Positions 26,129 through 39,610 of a DNA stretch of 64,000 nt are shown here, piece by piece (positions within the stretch are counted from its first letter, which is position 1; every line of letters starts with the position of its first letter). The notes under the pieces were generated by a model. That model saw only the letters and a list, made by a program, of their open reading frames with translations. It did not search any database and was not told the DNA's origin. The position numbers and the translations under genes are program-made. The stretch is from Camelus ferus. Lineage: Eukaryota. The stretch covers positions 115,446,001-115,510,000 of the forward strand of contig NC_045697.1 of the NCBI RefSeq assembly GCF_009834535.1. The letters are read 5' to 3'.

Positions 26129-26245
26129 CTAAGGGGGTGTATGGTCCACATTCTTGCCATAAACACGAGTGGTCCAAGTGTCTTCACTTCTTGTGAGATA
26201 TGCCACTCGGTACAAACTATTAGGTCCATCCCTCTGGCAACTGAG
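26129..26245 (-). other. Candidate exon (117 nt)
   Basis: Branch-point-like TACTAAT, then tctctAG acceptor; donor TAG|GTCAGG. One frame is fully open (SVARGMDLIVCTEWH...IHPL) and another is open until the last codon. Confidence 0.3.
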
Positions 26246-27035
26246 CTAGAGATTAGTAAGTGGATACTGAACAGTTCTTTTCAGATAATGATAGAGTAGT
26301 TTGGGGATGTAGGACACTTTTTATCAGTGTTCATCCTACTTTGGAAACTATTTCTTGAATATATTAATGATATAAAATAACAATTTAAGTACAAGTCTTT
26401 TTTTCCCCAAACTCACAATATATTCTCATGAAGCAGAGTCACTCCTTAATGCATCATTAGGCTAGCTGGAAATTTATGACTTGATTTTTTTTTTCTTTGT
26501 TTAATGGCTTTTTTATAGACATTTCTATTGTAAATTGTCTTAACTTTCAGTTTGCTGCTGATCTTCGTTAGAAATCATTATTATGTCTCTGCCCTGGGGC
26601 TTTATTGCCTATTATCAACTTAACTGACATCCTCTTTAGGAATCTCTTACTCCCTGTTCATATTATGTTGTCTAATCCGTCCATCTTGGCGAATAAAGTA
26701 AGCCCATGTCTTATTAATTCTGTGTAAAATAGAATCTTAGGAAGCAGCATTAAGCAGTTCCAATCACTAGCAAACCATATGGCTCTGCATTGCAATGTGA
26801 GAAACGGGAGATGATTTATTAGCAAAAAAAAAAAGTTTATATAACTTCTGAAATTCAAATGTTTGGATAATACCCTGCATGTTGTAGTGATAACGGTAAA
26901 TATGTCCCATGTTAATTAGGGTTACGTTGGTCCAGAACATATATTATATGATTGTCATGTGTTCTAGATTACTCCAACCAGACCTCCAGTGACTTATCAA
27001 GATGGTGCATAGAGGGTGTTAGAAATTTAAAAGTT

Positions 27036-27194
27036 GGAGAGGAGGGTATAGTTCAGTGGTAGAGTGCATGCCTTGCATGCACAGGGTCCTGGGTTCAATC
27101 CCCAGTATCTCCATTAAAATAAATAAATAAAAACCCAATTACCTCCCCCACCAAAAAGGACAAAAAATAAATAAGAATGTTTAAAAAAAAAGAA
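27036..27194 (+). mobile_element. tRNA-derived SINE, camelid Vic-1 type
   Basis: ggagggtatagttcagtggtagagtgcatgc...gtcctgggttcaatccccagt with A and B boxes. Degenerate TSD AGAAATTTAAAAGT (27021-27034) and AGAAAAGTAAAAGT (27195-27208). Confidence 0.92.
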
Positions 27195-27744
27195 AGAAAA
27201 GTAAAAGTGAGTTGACTAGCTAATAACTGAAATTCAGGTTTTAAGTAAGAGTACAAAATATCTTAGATATTTAAGATCAGTTTTTTCTCAAATATAGATA
27301 TATTTCAGAATAACCTGTGAAACACAGAGAAAGATGAGGATCATGTAGGGTTAAAAATTCAAAAAAGTATGATCTCTAAAAACCTAAAACAGGTGATTCG
27401 GATATGCAATTCAAAGTGAGACCTACTGTTTTTCTTACAAAATGTGTTGACCGAAAATATAACGTTAGATTTAAATGCTGAAGGATCTGGTGTGTGTTTT
27501 TGGCTTATGTTCTTGCTATAATGGGGGAAAAAGAATTATCCCTAGTGTTATTGGGGATTGTGCGTAAGTGCAAAATAGAACAGAAAATTTGAAACATAAT
27601 TCCATAGCTTGTTAAATGTACAACTTAAAATACTACTATTCAGAATTCCCTAAATAAAATATGAATATATATATATAGGAATGTTAAAGTTCAGGGGCAA
27701 AAATTTTCAAGTTCCTATCCTGAATATCAAAAAGGACATATAAT

Positions 27745-28075
27745 CTTACGTCTAATCTTTATTCTGGGAACTTAACCTGGAATTATACTAGTATATTTTA
27801 AATGACTTATGTTAAAGCTATTTGTTGAAGCATTTTTTATAATGAAAAAGATTGATAACTCTCCATATTTCACCAATAGGCAACTAGTGCTATAAATTAA
27901 ATTGTAGAACATAATACAGTGAAATGTAACTAGTAAAAAATGAGGAAGCCATATACTGTGGCAATATCCCCCAAATATATTAAATTCAAAAAAAGCAAGG
28001 GATAAATTAGTGTGTATCATATGATCCCTTTTGTGTAAAAAAAGGAAAAAATAAATAATACAATATGTTTTATAC
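27745..28075 (+). mobile_element. Old L1 (L1ME-like) 3' fragment
   Basis: attctgggaacttaacctgga...tttgttgaagcatttttataatgaaaaa...taaattaaattgtagaacataatacagtgaaat. Confidence 0.6.
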
Positions 28076-28380
28076 AAAGTGAAATGTGTCTAATATAGAT
28101 AATGCTCAGTGCACCTGCATTTCATAATTAGAAAGGCAAACCTCTGTATTGATTTTTTGATTTTTGTATAAATTATAATCTTAGAAGGTTTATTCGTTCT
28201 GGCATATGCAGTTTAGGCCTGCATTTTATGAAATACTTCAGAGGGACACACAGAAAAATAACTAGCTCTTTCTCCAATTTTATTCGTTTTGTACTAAAAT
28301 TAGGTATATATGCATAATTAATTTAGAAGCACAGGTACCCTGGTGAGAAGCTGCAGAGGTTTTAGAGGGCTCCTTGGTCC

Positions 28381-29620
28381 ATTCATTCATTCATTTATTT
28401 GTTTATTCGACAAATATTTGTCAGGTTGCACTAATAACAAGGTGACGTGCTACACTTCGGGCATTCATCAGCCAGCATGATGGAGGAGATATCTTCCCTC
28501 AAGAAGCACACATGGTGGTGATGACAAGAGAGAATAAACAAGAAAATTAACAGATGCAGAAGATAATTGCAAACTGTGCTCAGCACAGGGAAGAAAACAA
28601 ACAACAAAGGGATGGAGTTGGAAGTTGTTCTCTAGGTAAGATGTTAGAGGAACACCTCATTATGGAGGAGTAAGAGAGCGATGCCAACATCCAATCAGAG
28701 AGAAGCAAACATTTCCATTCAGAGAGAAGAGAAGTTTCTAAAGCAAGAAAGAGCTGTGCGTATTGAAAAAGGGAAAGGAAAGTGGTGTGACTGAGTGCAG
28801 GAGGTTGGTGACGGAGGCGTTGCTGAGTTACTCAGGCCTCTGATCGCAAAAGGCCTTGCAGACCCGTGTAATGAGGTTGATTGCATCTGACTTGTACAGG
28901 AAGACAGAAGGGCTTTAATCAGAGGAATGATGTTGGAACTGAGCAGGACCCTGTGGAGCCTTCCAGGGACATACCCTTTCCCCCATGTCCTCTGCTGCAG
29001 CTCCTCTCTGAAGCATCCAGATGATAGTATCTCGTGCATATTTCCTGACTGTTTCAGATGCTAAAAACCACCACCAAAGGGAATAAATTAACTAGTTGAT
29101 GATGGAGAGCACGTGGTCCCCAGGCCTTCTGGCACTTAGATGCTGATAGTGTCGACAGCCCTGTTCCCTCAACATCAAACAGAGAAACGTGCATAAGCTG
29201 ATCACATACCTACAACCCTCTCCCTCACCTGTCTTTAAATAGGCTTTGCTGAAACCCTTGGGGTGAGTTCAGGTTTTCTTGGGCATAAGCCACCCCATCC
29301 TCCTTACTGGGCCCTGCAATAAACCTTTCTCTGCTCCAAACTCTGACATTTTGGTTTTTTTGACCTCGTGGTGTGTTGGGCACACAAACTGGCCTTTGGT
29401 AAGAATGTGATACAATTTATGCTTTTAAAATATAGTTTCTCTGCTTGTGGAGAAAGACAGAGGTAGAATTTAGAAGCTTATTGCAAATAATAATAAGTAA
29501 CTACAGATATTAGCTTAAAGTAAGATAGTAGAACATAGAAAGAAGTAAAAAATGTGAACTATAGTTTAGAGCAAACATCAACACAACTCCCTGATTGTGT
29601 GTGTGTAGTCCGGGGGAGGG
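28381..29620 (-). mobile_element. L2 3' end interrupted by an LTR
   Basis: Begins with the L2 terminal repeat attcattcattcatttattt...caaatatttg, and L2 text resumes after 29405. Confidence 0.75.
28934..29404 (+). mobile_element. ERV1-class solo LTR (family A, copy 1)
   Basis: 4-bp TSD ATGT at 28930-28933 and 29405-29408, and AATAAA in gcaataaacc. Homologous to the copies at 32.3 and 35.0 kb. Confidence 0.92.
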
Positions 29621-32283
29621 ATAAATGAAAGAGAAAAAAATAATTAGATAAGCCTCAATTAGATAAGTTTCAACATATGAATTTGTGGGGGAGACAAAAA
29701 CATTCAGTCCATAGCGCCTAGGTAGATATAAAGAGGGAGGATAATCTACATCAACAAATTGTAACAATAAACAGCCAAATGGGAGACAGGGTGGGGAGTT
29801 TTGTTTTGAACCCACAAAGTGAGTACACACTGAAACCCATCTGTCACCAGTCCACTGACAGCCTGGTTGTCCCCCCAAAGAAAATTCGCCTGTCAGTATT
29901 AATGAGAAATAGATGTTTTACTGAAGATTGTGCAGGAGGGAGGGAAGGTGATGGCATTGACCACACAACACATATTAAATTAGTGCCGTGTGTTTCTCAA
30001 TTTCTGTTCTCAATTATCTCGGCTGTGAATTTCTTGCATATGGCCTCTCAGCTCTCTGGCTCCTGGGTAAAACTCCCTGGATATTTCATTTTGGCCTTTA
30101 TTTGTGTCTCTTTTGTCTGCAGAGGAATTTAACTTCATCCGAGTTGTACCGTTCTCGTAGGTGTCTTTTATCATTGTGTTTAAGCTTTTGAAAGCTCATC
30201 AGAGTGAAATTTATAAACATTTCAGGTACATCCATGGAGAGTGGCAGAGAATTATAAACAGTTTCATGTCATTTTTTTCATAGGAGAAGGGTATATGCAT
30301 TGATATCTTAAATATATTGCATAATAGGGAAAGTTAACTGCAGTTTTTAAAATGAGACATTTAGCTGAGAACAAGGCACAGGGCAAGCTGACCTCGTGGA
30401 TGCTGATGCAAAGTCAGAGCAGCTTGGCTGGTGTTTACATTCTGCAAGCAGCCTTTTCACTTCAAGGCCAATTTCCAGGATGGCACTTGCAAGCTCTCAT
30501 GTAACAGGCAGGTGCTGAGGAAATGCTTTAGTAAGGAAACTGAAATCTTAGGAATTGGACCCCAAGGTCATGTAGAGAAAAGATGAGGAACACTTTTCTA
30601 GCACAGAATTGCCAATTAAGGAGTAAAAGACAGGACTTTGGTGCACCCAAAGTGAAGCTCAGAAGTTGATGAGAAGATGCCATCTTTATAAATTGGTTTT
30701 AAAGTACATTTATCAATTTAAATTAGAAGCTAGGCTTTGAGAAGACCATCACTGGCATTTTGACTAACAGACAGCAGATACTCAGAAAAAGACAGAATGA
30801 TTTTAGAACTAATTTTTGAAGTAGGAGGAAGTTAAATCTTTCTGTCAGCCATGTAATATTGTTAGTGCATTAATACTTCTGGTAATATTTCCATATAATT
30901 TATAATAATAAAAACAAACATTATTAAACAAAACTAAGCATATACTTGAACACATGGTACTAATTTTAAGTATTTTTCTGAATTAATATCCCTCAAATTC
31001 TTATCATAAATTCAGGACAGACCCTATACCTGGTGTACAGACTTAGCAGAATTTTCAGGGACCTTCGGATGAAAAGAGAACTTGTTATAGGTTTTTAGCC
31101 TTGAGTTTAAGAAAGTGTTTGGACCAAGCTGTGTTCGCCTGGAAATAAGAGAAAGAGAAATGAGCGCCGTGCTCATGACTGAGAGCACTGTCCTCTTTCC
31201 TAGGGTTGTGTTATATGTTATACAGCCTTGAGATCACTGATGAAGTAAACTGGCTCAAATGAAATGTTGCTAGCATCCAGACAAATGTATATGCCAGATG
31301 ACTCCAGCCTTGGAGCTTGGAGGGAGAAATTCATGTTCTCCCAGAAGTTTAATTTGAAGGTCTAATAAGAAATCTGAGTAGGGATATTGATTGCAATCTC
31401 AGGTTGATGATTTTCCTAGCATGAACATCCAAAACATTCAACATTATTTTACCAAGTTTTCAGTTTGCTAATAAAAAAATAACAATGAAAAGAAAGACAA
31501 GCAATAATCAAGGAGAATAATATGGAATATTAGCTCAGTGGAAAGTTTTAGAAATCAAATTGTTAGCTTTTGAAATTTTGGTTCAGTAATAGAGAATATA
31601 TAGCCCATTATAATTATCCTGTGAAATATCCAAATATAAATTTTATTCTTTCTAAAATTAGAAAAGCAAGAATACAATTTGTGATTTTTTTCTATATCTG
31701 GTCTATCCCCACATAATAATATGTCTATATTTGGGGGTAAAAATGATTTCCAGACTTACTGAATCCATGGTAGATATTAACATATTTTCTTTGTACAAAC
31801 TTTGTCAGATGTAGTCTGAAATAGGACTTTTGAAAGTGTTTTTTATTTTAAAGTATACATAAGAGAAAGTCAACCTGTCAATCTCTTCTATTTCTCTATT
31901 TCTGAGTTTTTCTATATAACTCACTCAGTTTACTACATTATCAAAAATGCAATAATATATTGTGAACCCACATTCTGACATTCTAATGAGGTGAGAGAGA
32001 GATTAAATAGCCATGCAAATAAAAATAAAAATTCAGAGGGTGATAAAGGCCAGAAAGGAGAACTATACTGCAATTTGCCCATCCATAGCAGTTGACTTGG
32101 TGAACAGGGAAGACATGTGGGAGTTAACTAGGGAAGAGGGTAGAAAATCCTTCCTGGCAAGGGAAAAACACATCAAGCCTCTGAGGACCATCAGGAGTCC
32201 CTGGGAGCGACTGGGACACAGAAAACACAAGGTAGCAAGTGATGCAAAGTGAGAATGGAAGCTGAACGTCCAGACCATCCAAG

Positions 32284-32744
32284 TGTTACCAAAGGCAAGT
32301 TCATGTGCCCACCACCCCACAAGGCCAAACAAACTGCAACATGAAAGTTTGGAGTAGAGAAAGGTTTATTGCAGGGCCGAGCAAGGCGGACAGGGTGGCT
32401 CAGGCCTAAGAAAACCCCAAAGGATTTCAGCAAAACATATTTAAAGGCCAGGTGAGGGAGGCGGGTTGCAGCTCAGGCACAATCATTCTCTGATTGGTTG
32501 ATGTGGAGGTAACAGGGCGGTCAACATCATCAACCCCCAGGTGCCAGAAGGCCTGGGGGCCATATGCCCTCCATCATCAAGTAGTTAATTTCTTCCCTTT
32601 GGTGGTGGTTTTTAGCATCAAAAACAATCAGGAAATACACATGAGATACTATTATGTGGGTCCTTCAGAGAGCAGCTACAGCAGAGGACATGGGGGAGGG
32701 GGTTGACCCTGGAAGGCCCCCCCCCAGGGTCCTGCTCAGTCACA
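32284..32744 (-). mobile_element. ERV1-class solo LTR (family A, copy 2)
   Basis: TG...CA termini and 4-bp TSD CAAG at 32280-32283 and 32745-32748. Reverse complement of 28934-29404, inserted into L2 fragments. Confidence 0.92.
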
Positions 32745-33819
32745 CAAGTACTTTGAGATTTATCTTATCAGTAGTGGAAAGTACTTAAGAATTATAAGGA
32801 GGTCAAAAGGAGGCAGGGGGATTCAGCAGAAAACTAAATATAGGGATTTTTATTTAGAAATGATTTTTCTCACTGCAGTGGAATGGAAGGATGAAGGGTG
32901 GATGTAAAGGGATCAATCAGTAGGGTCATTATAGGGGCCAAATATAAAGGAGTGCAGTGTATTATCCTATTGTTGAGAATTACATTCTAAATATGTAACA
33001 AAAAATAGAAAGCAAGCTTTATGCCTCAAATATCCCACTTATTGTCTAAAATTTTAATAGTTACAAGAGGAGACCTTGAGGTCATAAGGTTGCAGCTGCC
33101 AGCAGGCACTGCTTTGAGCACTGTTGGTGGTCTCCCGAGTCTGACACAGCTCAGAAAATTCGAGTGCTCCACGATACAAGAACGTGTCTGACATCACACC
33201 CGCCCTGGCCACTTAGTTTTCCCTTGACTGTCTGAACCACAGCGACTCCACTTTGACTTTCAAGTGCATCCCCTCCTCAAGGCCAAAGCAGGTGTACAAT
33301 GCATGTCCTACAGGCCATAAAACAGGGAGTTTTGGTCAGTAAAATTTAAGTTAAACTATGTATAAGCCAGAATGACTTCCCCACACCTCAGTGTGTGCAG
33401 ATTTTCCCATCATTTCCCCTGTTGATTGCAAATCTTTCAGTAGAAAGCACTGGTGATGAAAATATCCTTCCCTCAGTGCCGGGCCTCCTTTATATTTGCT
33501 TAGTTATCCACGTGCTGGGGGTTGGGGGGGGAACTAACCAGATGTCATGAACAGGCTCAGAAATATAATAATGGGGACACAATTTGCAGGCCATACATTT
33601 CATCACTTCTACCCAATTATTACATGAGCACGGTACACGTGTTTTCAACACCAGACACAGAGCAAAGCACTGTTGTGCATCCTGAGTAGTTATGCTATGA
33701 TTACTCCATTAGCGAATTTCTCTTTCCATCCTAAACACTGGGGGCAACAATGTGGTTGGAAGTAAAATAACTTTCTTCTTTTAAAATATACTTTTATTGA
33801 AGTACAGTCAGTTTATATG

Positions 33820-35202
33820 GATAGGAAGACAAACATCTGATAAAGAATTCACTTAGAAAATATAGGTTCAAAGCCAGGAATGTTTCAGACAAAACCAAGA
33901 AATTACAAACATAGTCACCAGTTAACTCATTCTTATGTAATTAATCCTTTTTACTAACAGTTTTATAAAACCAGAGTTTTCACTAGACTTTTTAAATATC
34001 TTGCCCAGCTCAGCAGTACGATTTAAAAGAAACCTGTACTTGTCAAAAAGTCCTTTTTATGACTCTTATTGAAGATGAAGCAGTTTTGCAAAGTATCAAC
34101 TTAATTATGTCTCTAAATGACAAGTCTTAAAAAGGCAAGGTTAAAGATCTTGTTACATTTTTGACAAAGAAGTTTAATCAAGTTGCTGTGGCATACAACC
34201 TTTTAAGATAACTAGACTAGAACTAGAATTATAGCTAGAACAACTAGAATCAGACCGATAGCTTTATACCAGGACAGATCTAAATTTCAGAAACCTTAAT
34301 TTTCACAATGTCTGTATTAATAATATTTATCTGTATCACATAATCTGAGGAGGCTTGTCACTCATTTGACAATGCCATGTAATTTAACATAGCAACCAAT
34401 CCTACTTAAATATTTTTCTTTCAGGTGTCTCAAGGGACCTCTGAAGCATCCCAAAGTTAGCTGACGTCAAAACAGCTTTGATTAGAATTTGATAGGAAGT
34501 TTGTCAGCAACACCAAGAAGTCTCACACAATCTGTTATCAGAAGAAGCCTCTGTTATCACAAGCAAGCAAGCCTGTTCTCTTAACAGAGAGGAACCAAAT
34601 CCAGTCTTGCACTTGTCTACTTTTAATAACAAAATCCACTTACCTACATAAGTTTAACCTAATCTCATCCTGGCTATACACAAAACTCCTTTTTAAGGAC
34701 TCCATTTCTACAAACTTTCCCCAGCTTTCTGTATCTATATTAATTTGTTCCTCATTTTTTTTTCCCATCTAGAACAAACAGCTTTAAGACAAAACAGTTT
34801 TTAACTCAAAACATATAACCCACTTTTCTACTGTATACTGAAACGTTTCCTTTATTATTTTTAGTAGCTTTAATGACGTATATAATTAGAATCCTCAACT
34901 CTTAAAAACTTTAATTTCTAGTGAAAACAAAGAAAAAAGCAATTACGCACAGCTTGTGCACAATCCTCTGATTGGTTGGCGTTGAGTGAACAGGGCATCA
35001 ACACTATCAACCCCTACAAGGTCTGGGGCTATGTACGTGTGGTCATCCATTTCTTCCCTTTGGTGGTGGTTTTCAGCAACTGAAACACTCAGGAAATATA
35101 CATGAGATGCTATGATCTGGGTACTTCAGAGAGGAGCTACAGCAGAGGGTATGGGGAGGGGGTCTGACCCTGGAAGGTCCCCCAGGTTCCTGCTCAGTTA
35201 CA
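33820..35202 (-). mobile_element. Truncated ERV1: partial family-A LTR (about 34948-35202) joined to AT-rich non-coding internal sequence
   Basis: 34948-35202 aligns by eye to the U3 half of the family-A LTR, ending ctgctcagttaCA. 33820-34945 has MER4-group-like internal text (gacctctgaagcatcccaaagttagctgacgtcaaa). Confidence 0.7.
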
Positions 35203-36028
35203 CCTCCTCATCTGAAAAAAAAAAAAAAAAAGGGATTAGCCAATCCCTCTACCCACTAATGGGTGGATTGCCTCAAAGACGGCATTGTGAGTCAGTACTC
35301 ACCATAAAGATTTGCATGATAAGCTTTGGAGTAAAAACAAGTATTCCTTCAGTTAAAAATGTACTTAAAATGTAGCAGAATTCAATTTTACAATTATCCC
35401 AATATGACCAGAAGTATTGTGACTTCAAACATAAGATGAGCTATTCAAGGAAATCTCACCTGAGAGAACGTCAAAACTTGAGCGTGTGAAGACAAGGTTC
35501 TAATTAAAATTATTTCAGCAACTCTTGTTTTTCCAAACTTTAGCATTTCTCCAAATTTTAAGCAAGTGATTAGAATATTCATTTTTTTTAAATTCTAGCT
35601 TTAGAATGTCCTGTTAAGTAATTTTTAGTCACACGTAAGTTAAATTTCACATAGCCTTCCCCAATTGAAACTGATCCAACTTTCCCTAGTACCACATAAT
35701 CCTTTGGGATTCTCTGCCCTTCTCCTGACCAGTGAGCCTTAAACTCATGAAATAACAATCTGCAAGGTCACACTTTTCTGGGCACATTTGTGGTAACATC
35801 AGCTAGCAGCTTCTGCTCCTAGAACCCCAGACTACAAGACGATCACCTCCATGGAAAGTCAGTCTCCTGTGACTATCTTCCTTAAGTCCAAGGCTCAGCC
35901 ACTCTCAGGGGTGCCCTGTTATCATCAAGGCTTTGGCACATGATCGGAGGTGGAGGAAGAAGTCATAGAACCACTCTGCTCTCTGCTACGCCACCTGCAT
36001 CCCAGTCCATTCCAGTCCAGTAGCTTTC

Positions 36029-36542
36029 TGTTACCCACAAAAGGTAAAGATCCGAGTTCTTGTCTTACCCAAAAGATAAGTTTACAGTCGGGAGACGGTG
36101 CATTGTGTAGCAAAAAAAGTAAAAATTCAACTCTGGGAATGGAGAGTAGGCTGATCCAAGGGAGCAAAAGTGGCAGTTTTTATCTCCCTTTCTCTTATAC
36201 CCTCGCTTAGAGGTGGTCTCTTGATTGACTGACAGCTCTTGTCCCTGGAGTGCTCAGTCATGTTTGGCCCCTTTTGCACATGTCCTTAAGGCACAGAGAA
36301 CAACCCACGGGGGGCTTGAACCACCATGCTAATTATGATACAGTGAACACTGTGTCTTGTCTGGTTAAGTCCTTTCTGCTACCATGCAGTGGTGGCTGCT
36401 GGGTTCTAACCGGTTTCTTGCTGGCGCTCACTTAGAAGTGAAGCCCCTTTATGCTGGAGGCGGACATAACACCATCTTCAAAACCGTCCTCCCTCTCCTC
36501 CACCTGTCTGTCCCGTGTCCCCACTTATCTAACTACCTAACA
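36029..36542 (-). mobile_element. ERV1-class solo LTR (different family)
   Basis: TG...CA termini; the minus strand begins tgttaggtagttaga. Near-TSD TTTC/TCTC. Confidence 0.75.
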
Positions 36543-37992
36543 TCTCCACTGCCTCCTCTTTGATTTCACACTGACTGCCCTGATCTCCTGTCAAGCTTTC
36601 CACTATTTCATCTCCTGGTAAGTAAGCTCCACTCCCCTCGGCTAGGAGCAAGTCACACTGCAGAATATCTTAACCAATTCCAAGATTGGCATCCCTGGTA
36701 CCTAGATTTTTCTCCTCCAAAATGGCATAATAACTTCTATTTCAGAACCAATATAACAAATACATGTGCATATTTAAAGTATCAGATTCCTTGAAAATAA
36801 AGTAAGCCTTCAATAAATGACTGTTGTCTTTTTCACTGCCTTATTGGAGGACAAATCTGAAAGAAGAATTGATGAAAAACCAACCATGAGGCAGCTTAAA
36901 TCATCCTTTTTATAACCAGAGAGCTTTTATTACTATAATATTAAAATTTACAATCACAATAAAATCATTTGCTTTTATGTCTCCTTTAAAATATATTTCT
37001 TATCTGTAATTATTATCCCATCTCATTTTTTAAAGTTCAAAACACATGTATTTTGGTGGCTATTCTGTACTTACATACATAGATAAACGTGTCTAAGAAT
37101 TTACACCTACCCCAAGGAGTTTTACTTTATTATTTCCAAAAATAATCATTATAATTATGAAAATGATAAAATGGCAACTATATACAACTATATGTAAGTA
37201 TATATTATTAGTTTTAATACAGAAGATATGTATATGGAATCAGGAAATGCTTTGTTGCTTTGTTATCTAAGTCTTTTCATTGTCAGATTTAGGAGACCCC
37301 ATAAAGTCACCTTGATAAATTCTGAGTTAACAAATAGAATAATGGAGGAAAGGGAAGTTAATACCTTGAACCTGTAGGGCAGTAATAGTATACTGTTACT
37401 TATTTCAGAAATTGGTTTTGAGAATTTTCTGAGAAAAGGAATTGATGATCTCTCCATCCCATGATTACTTTGATGTCCAGAGAGACTGAAGCCTAATGAA
37501 TGACATGTTAGTTTAAATGTTAAAAAATAAATGTCAGATAATGGGAGATTACTTATCATGTCATCCTTCATTATTTATCTGAATATTGAAAGTTCAAGGG
37601 AGAATTTTCTTGTATTTCTATATACTTACAAATAATACGACATTTCATGTTTGTTTCTGATCCTGAATCTATTTTTTTCAGTAATATATGATTTTAGTTA
37701 ATCTGTTGTTTGCCAGTGTATTCTAAATTATCAATTTGGTGGTAAATACATTATATTTATTGATCCCCAAAGAACTATTTCTGGTATATAAATAAAATTG
37801 AAAGACATAAGTGTTATAATTGGATCCTTTTACAAACTATAAAAGTAATGCAATGAAGTGGTATTTTTGTTATTTGGGACTCATAACAATTCCCCATATG
37901 AATTGTACATTACAAAAACCATAAAACTATTACAAAATTTCACTTTAATAAGAGAATTATTATTATAAGTAAACATAAGTATGCATTCTTAC

Positions 37993-38091
37993 CTTGCCAG
38001 TAAAGATCATCTTTTTTGGATCCCTGTTCTGTCTTTTAATCTTGATAGTTGCTGCCCACATATCTGAAATTTCCTCTTTATTTTTTTATAC
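37993..38091 (-). other. Candidate exon (99 nt)
   Basis: Donor AAG|GTAAGA and a weak acceptor gcttttAG. Phase-0 frame reads V*KNKEEISDMWAATIKIKRQNRDPKKMIFTGK with a single stop. Confidence 0.3.
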
Positions 38092-38633
38092 CTAAAAGCT
38101 CATTTAACTTCCATATTTTGACATTTTTCCTACATTCTCTTTTCTCACACAGTACCTTAAGTTGATACACAGAAAGTATAAGATGCATTTTCTTGATTTT
38201 CTCTCCTCAAACCACGATCATATTTAAAGACACAAGGAAATAACACTGTGAATTTTGCTCCTTCCTCCACCATTCAGCCCAGCATCGTGTCTACCCTCTT
38301 CTCATGCTTTTAAGTATTTAAGTATGGAAAAAATCCTCTTTAACCACTGTGTGCAACTGTTCTGAATGCCATGCTAACTCAAGAGTATCTTTGGAAGCAT
38401 GAAGCAGAAGATGAGGAGAAGCAAGAGGATGTCAGGCCAACGCTAATAGGAAGAGATACTTTGTTAGGTGAGACTACACTGCATTTGTACTACTTAAGAT
38501 GAACATCTGATGAATTAATTGGTCATTTCTCTCCCACAAGCTCTTCAGCCTCACCAGTCCTTCAGCACACGTGACCATTTACCCACCTGTAGTAGACCCG
38601 GGGTCACAATCTGCAGCCTTCTAGACATCCAAT

Positions 38634-38634
<1 letters not shown>

Positions 38635-38664
<30 letters not shown>
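38635..38664. repeat. (CA)n microsatellite
   Basis: Read directly. Confidence 0.95.
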
Positions 38665-38669
38665 TTTTA

Positions 38670-39610
38670 CTTATATAGAGTCTACAGAAGGCAAAACTAA
38701 TCTATTTGTTAAAAATCAGCACAATAGTTGCTTCTTTCTAGGGGCATGAAATAATTTTCTGGAGTGATAGATGTATTGTAAATCTGACAGGGGCTTAGGT
38801 AATGCAGGTGTATGTATTTGTCAAAAATCAATAGTGGAAGTAGGGTTATCCCTTTTGAAAACAAAAGCAAAAGCAAAACAAACTCTAAATAGTGACTTGT
38901 GTGGTGAGATATTAGCGGTGAAGTGTACTGATGTCTGTAAACTTGAAGTGAAAAAATGAGTGAGATGAATTGATGGGCTGATAAAGGGAAGTACAGATGT
39001 ATGAGTGTGTAACGAAGAACATATAGCAAAATATTTATTGTAGAAGGTGGGTCTTAGGTATATGTGTGTTTTGTGTTATTATGGACCAAATTCTATCCCC
39101 CAAAAATTATATATTGAAATTCTAACCCCCAGTGTGACTGAATTTGGACACAGGGCATATAGGACATACAAGGTTATCCAGGTTAAATGAGTTCCTGAGG
39201 TGGGGCCCTAATCCAATATGTCTGATGTCCTTACGAGAAGAGAGAGGTACCAGGGATGCAGATGCAGGGAAAAGCCCTTGTGAAGATACAGGGAGAAGAC
39301 AAATATCTACAGCCAAGGACAGAAAAATGTATCACATTTTATTAGTAGACTTTTTAGAGCAGTTTTATGTTTAAAAAGTGTTGAACAGAAAGTATGGAGA
39401 GTGCCCATGTATCCTTCTCAAGAAACTGAAACTGCCAGCACCTTGATCTTGAACTTTCAGCCTCAAAGACTGTGAGAAATAAATGTCTGTTGTTCAAAAC
39501 CTCTACCCTTTGAGATTTTTCATGGCAGCAATAGCCAACTAAAATATGTGGGCAATTCCTTCAGCTGTTCTGTATATTCAAAATTTTTCATAATAAACAT
39601 CGAGAAAAAG
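38670..39610 (+). mobile_element. Old L1 (L1MC/ME-like) 3' end interrupted by MLT1
   Basis: aggcaaaactaatctat...aaatcagcacaatagttg...ggggcatgaaataattttctggagtgatag; resumes after 39546 with caattccttcagctgttctgtatattcaaaatttttcataataaa. Confidence 0.75.
39077..39546 (+). mobile_element. MaLR MLT1A/B-type solo LTR
   Basis: tattatggaccaaattctatcccccaaaa...gggccctaatccaatatg...accttgatcttgaactttcagcctc...ctgtgagaaataaatgtctgttg. Near 5-bp TSD TGTGT/TGTGG. Confidence 0.88.

Noticed and set aside
26190..26240. LPEGWT peptide on the minus strand resembling a WW or MBD domain start
   Set aside because: It is followed immediately by two stops, and the remaining domain motifs are absent. Six residues is compatible with chance.
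27036..27115. tRNA gene (also 3544-3620)
   Set aside because: The A/B boxes belong to a tRNA-derived SINE with an A-rich tail and TSD; there is no intact cloverleaf or pol III terminator arrangement.
32284..35202. A single provirus bounded by the two minus-strand family-A LTRs
   Set aside because: The 32284-32744 LTR has its own CAAG TSD and L2 sequence on both sides, so it is an independent solo LTR.
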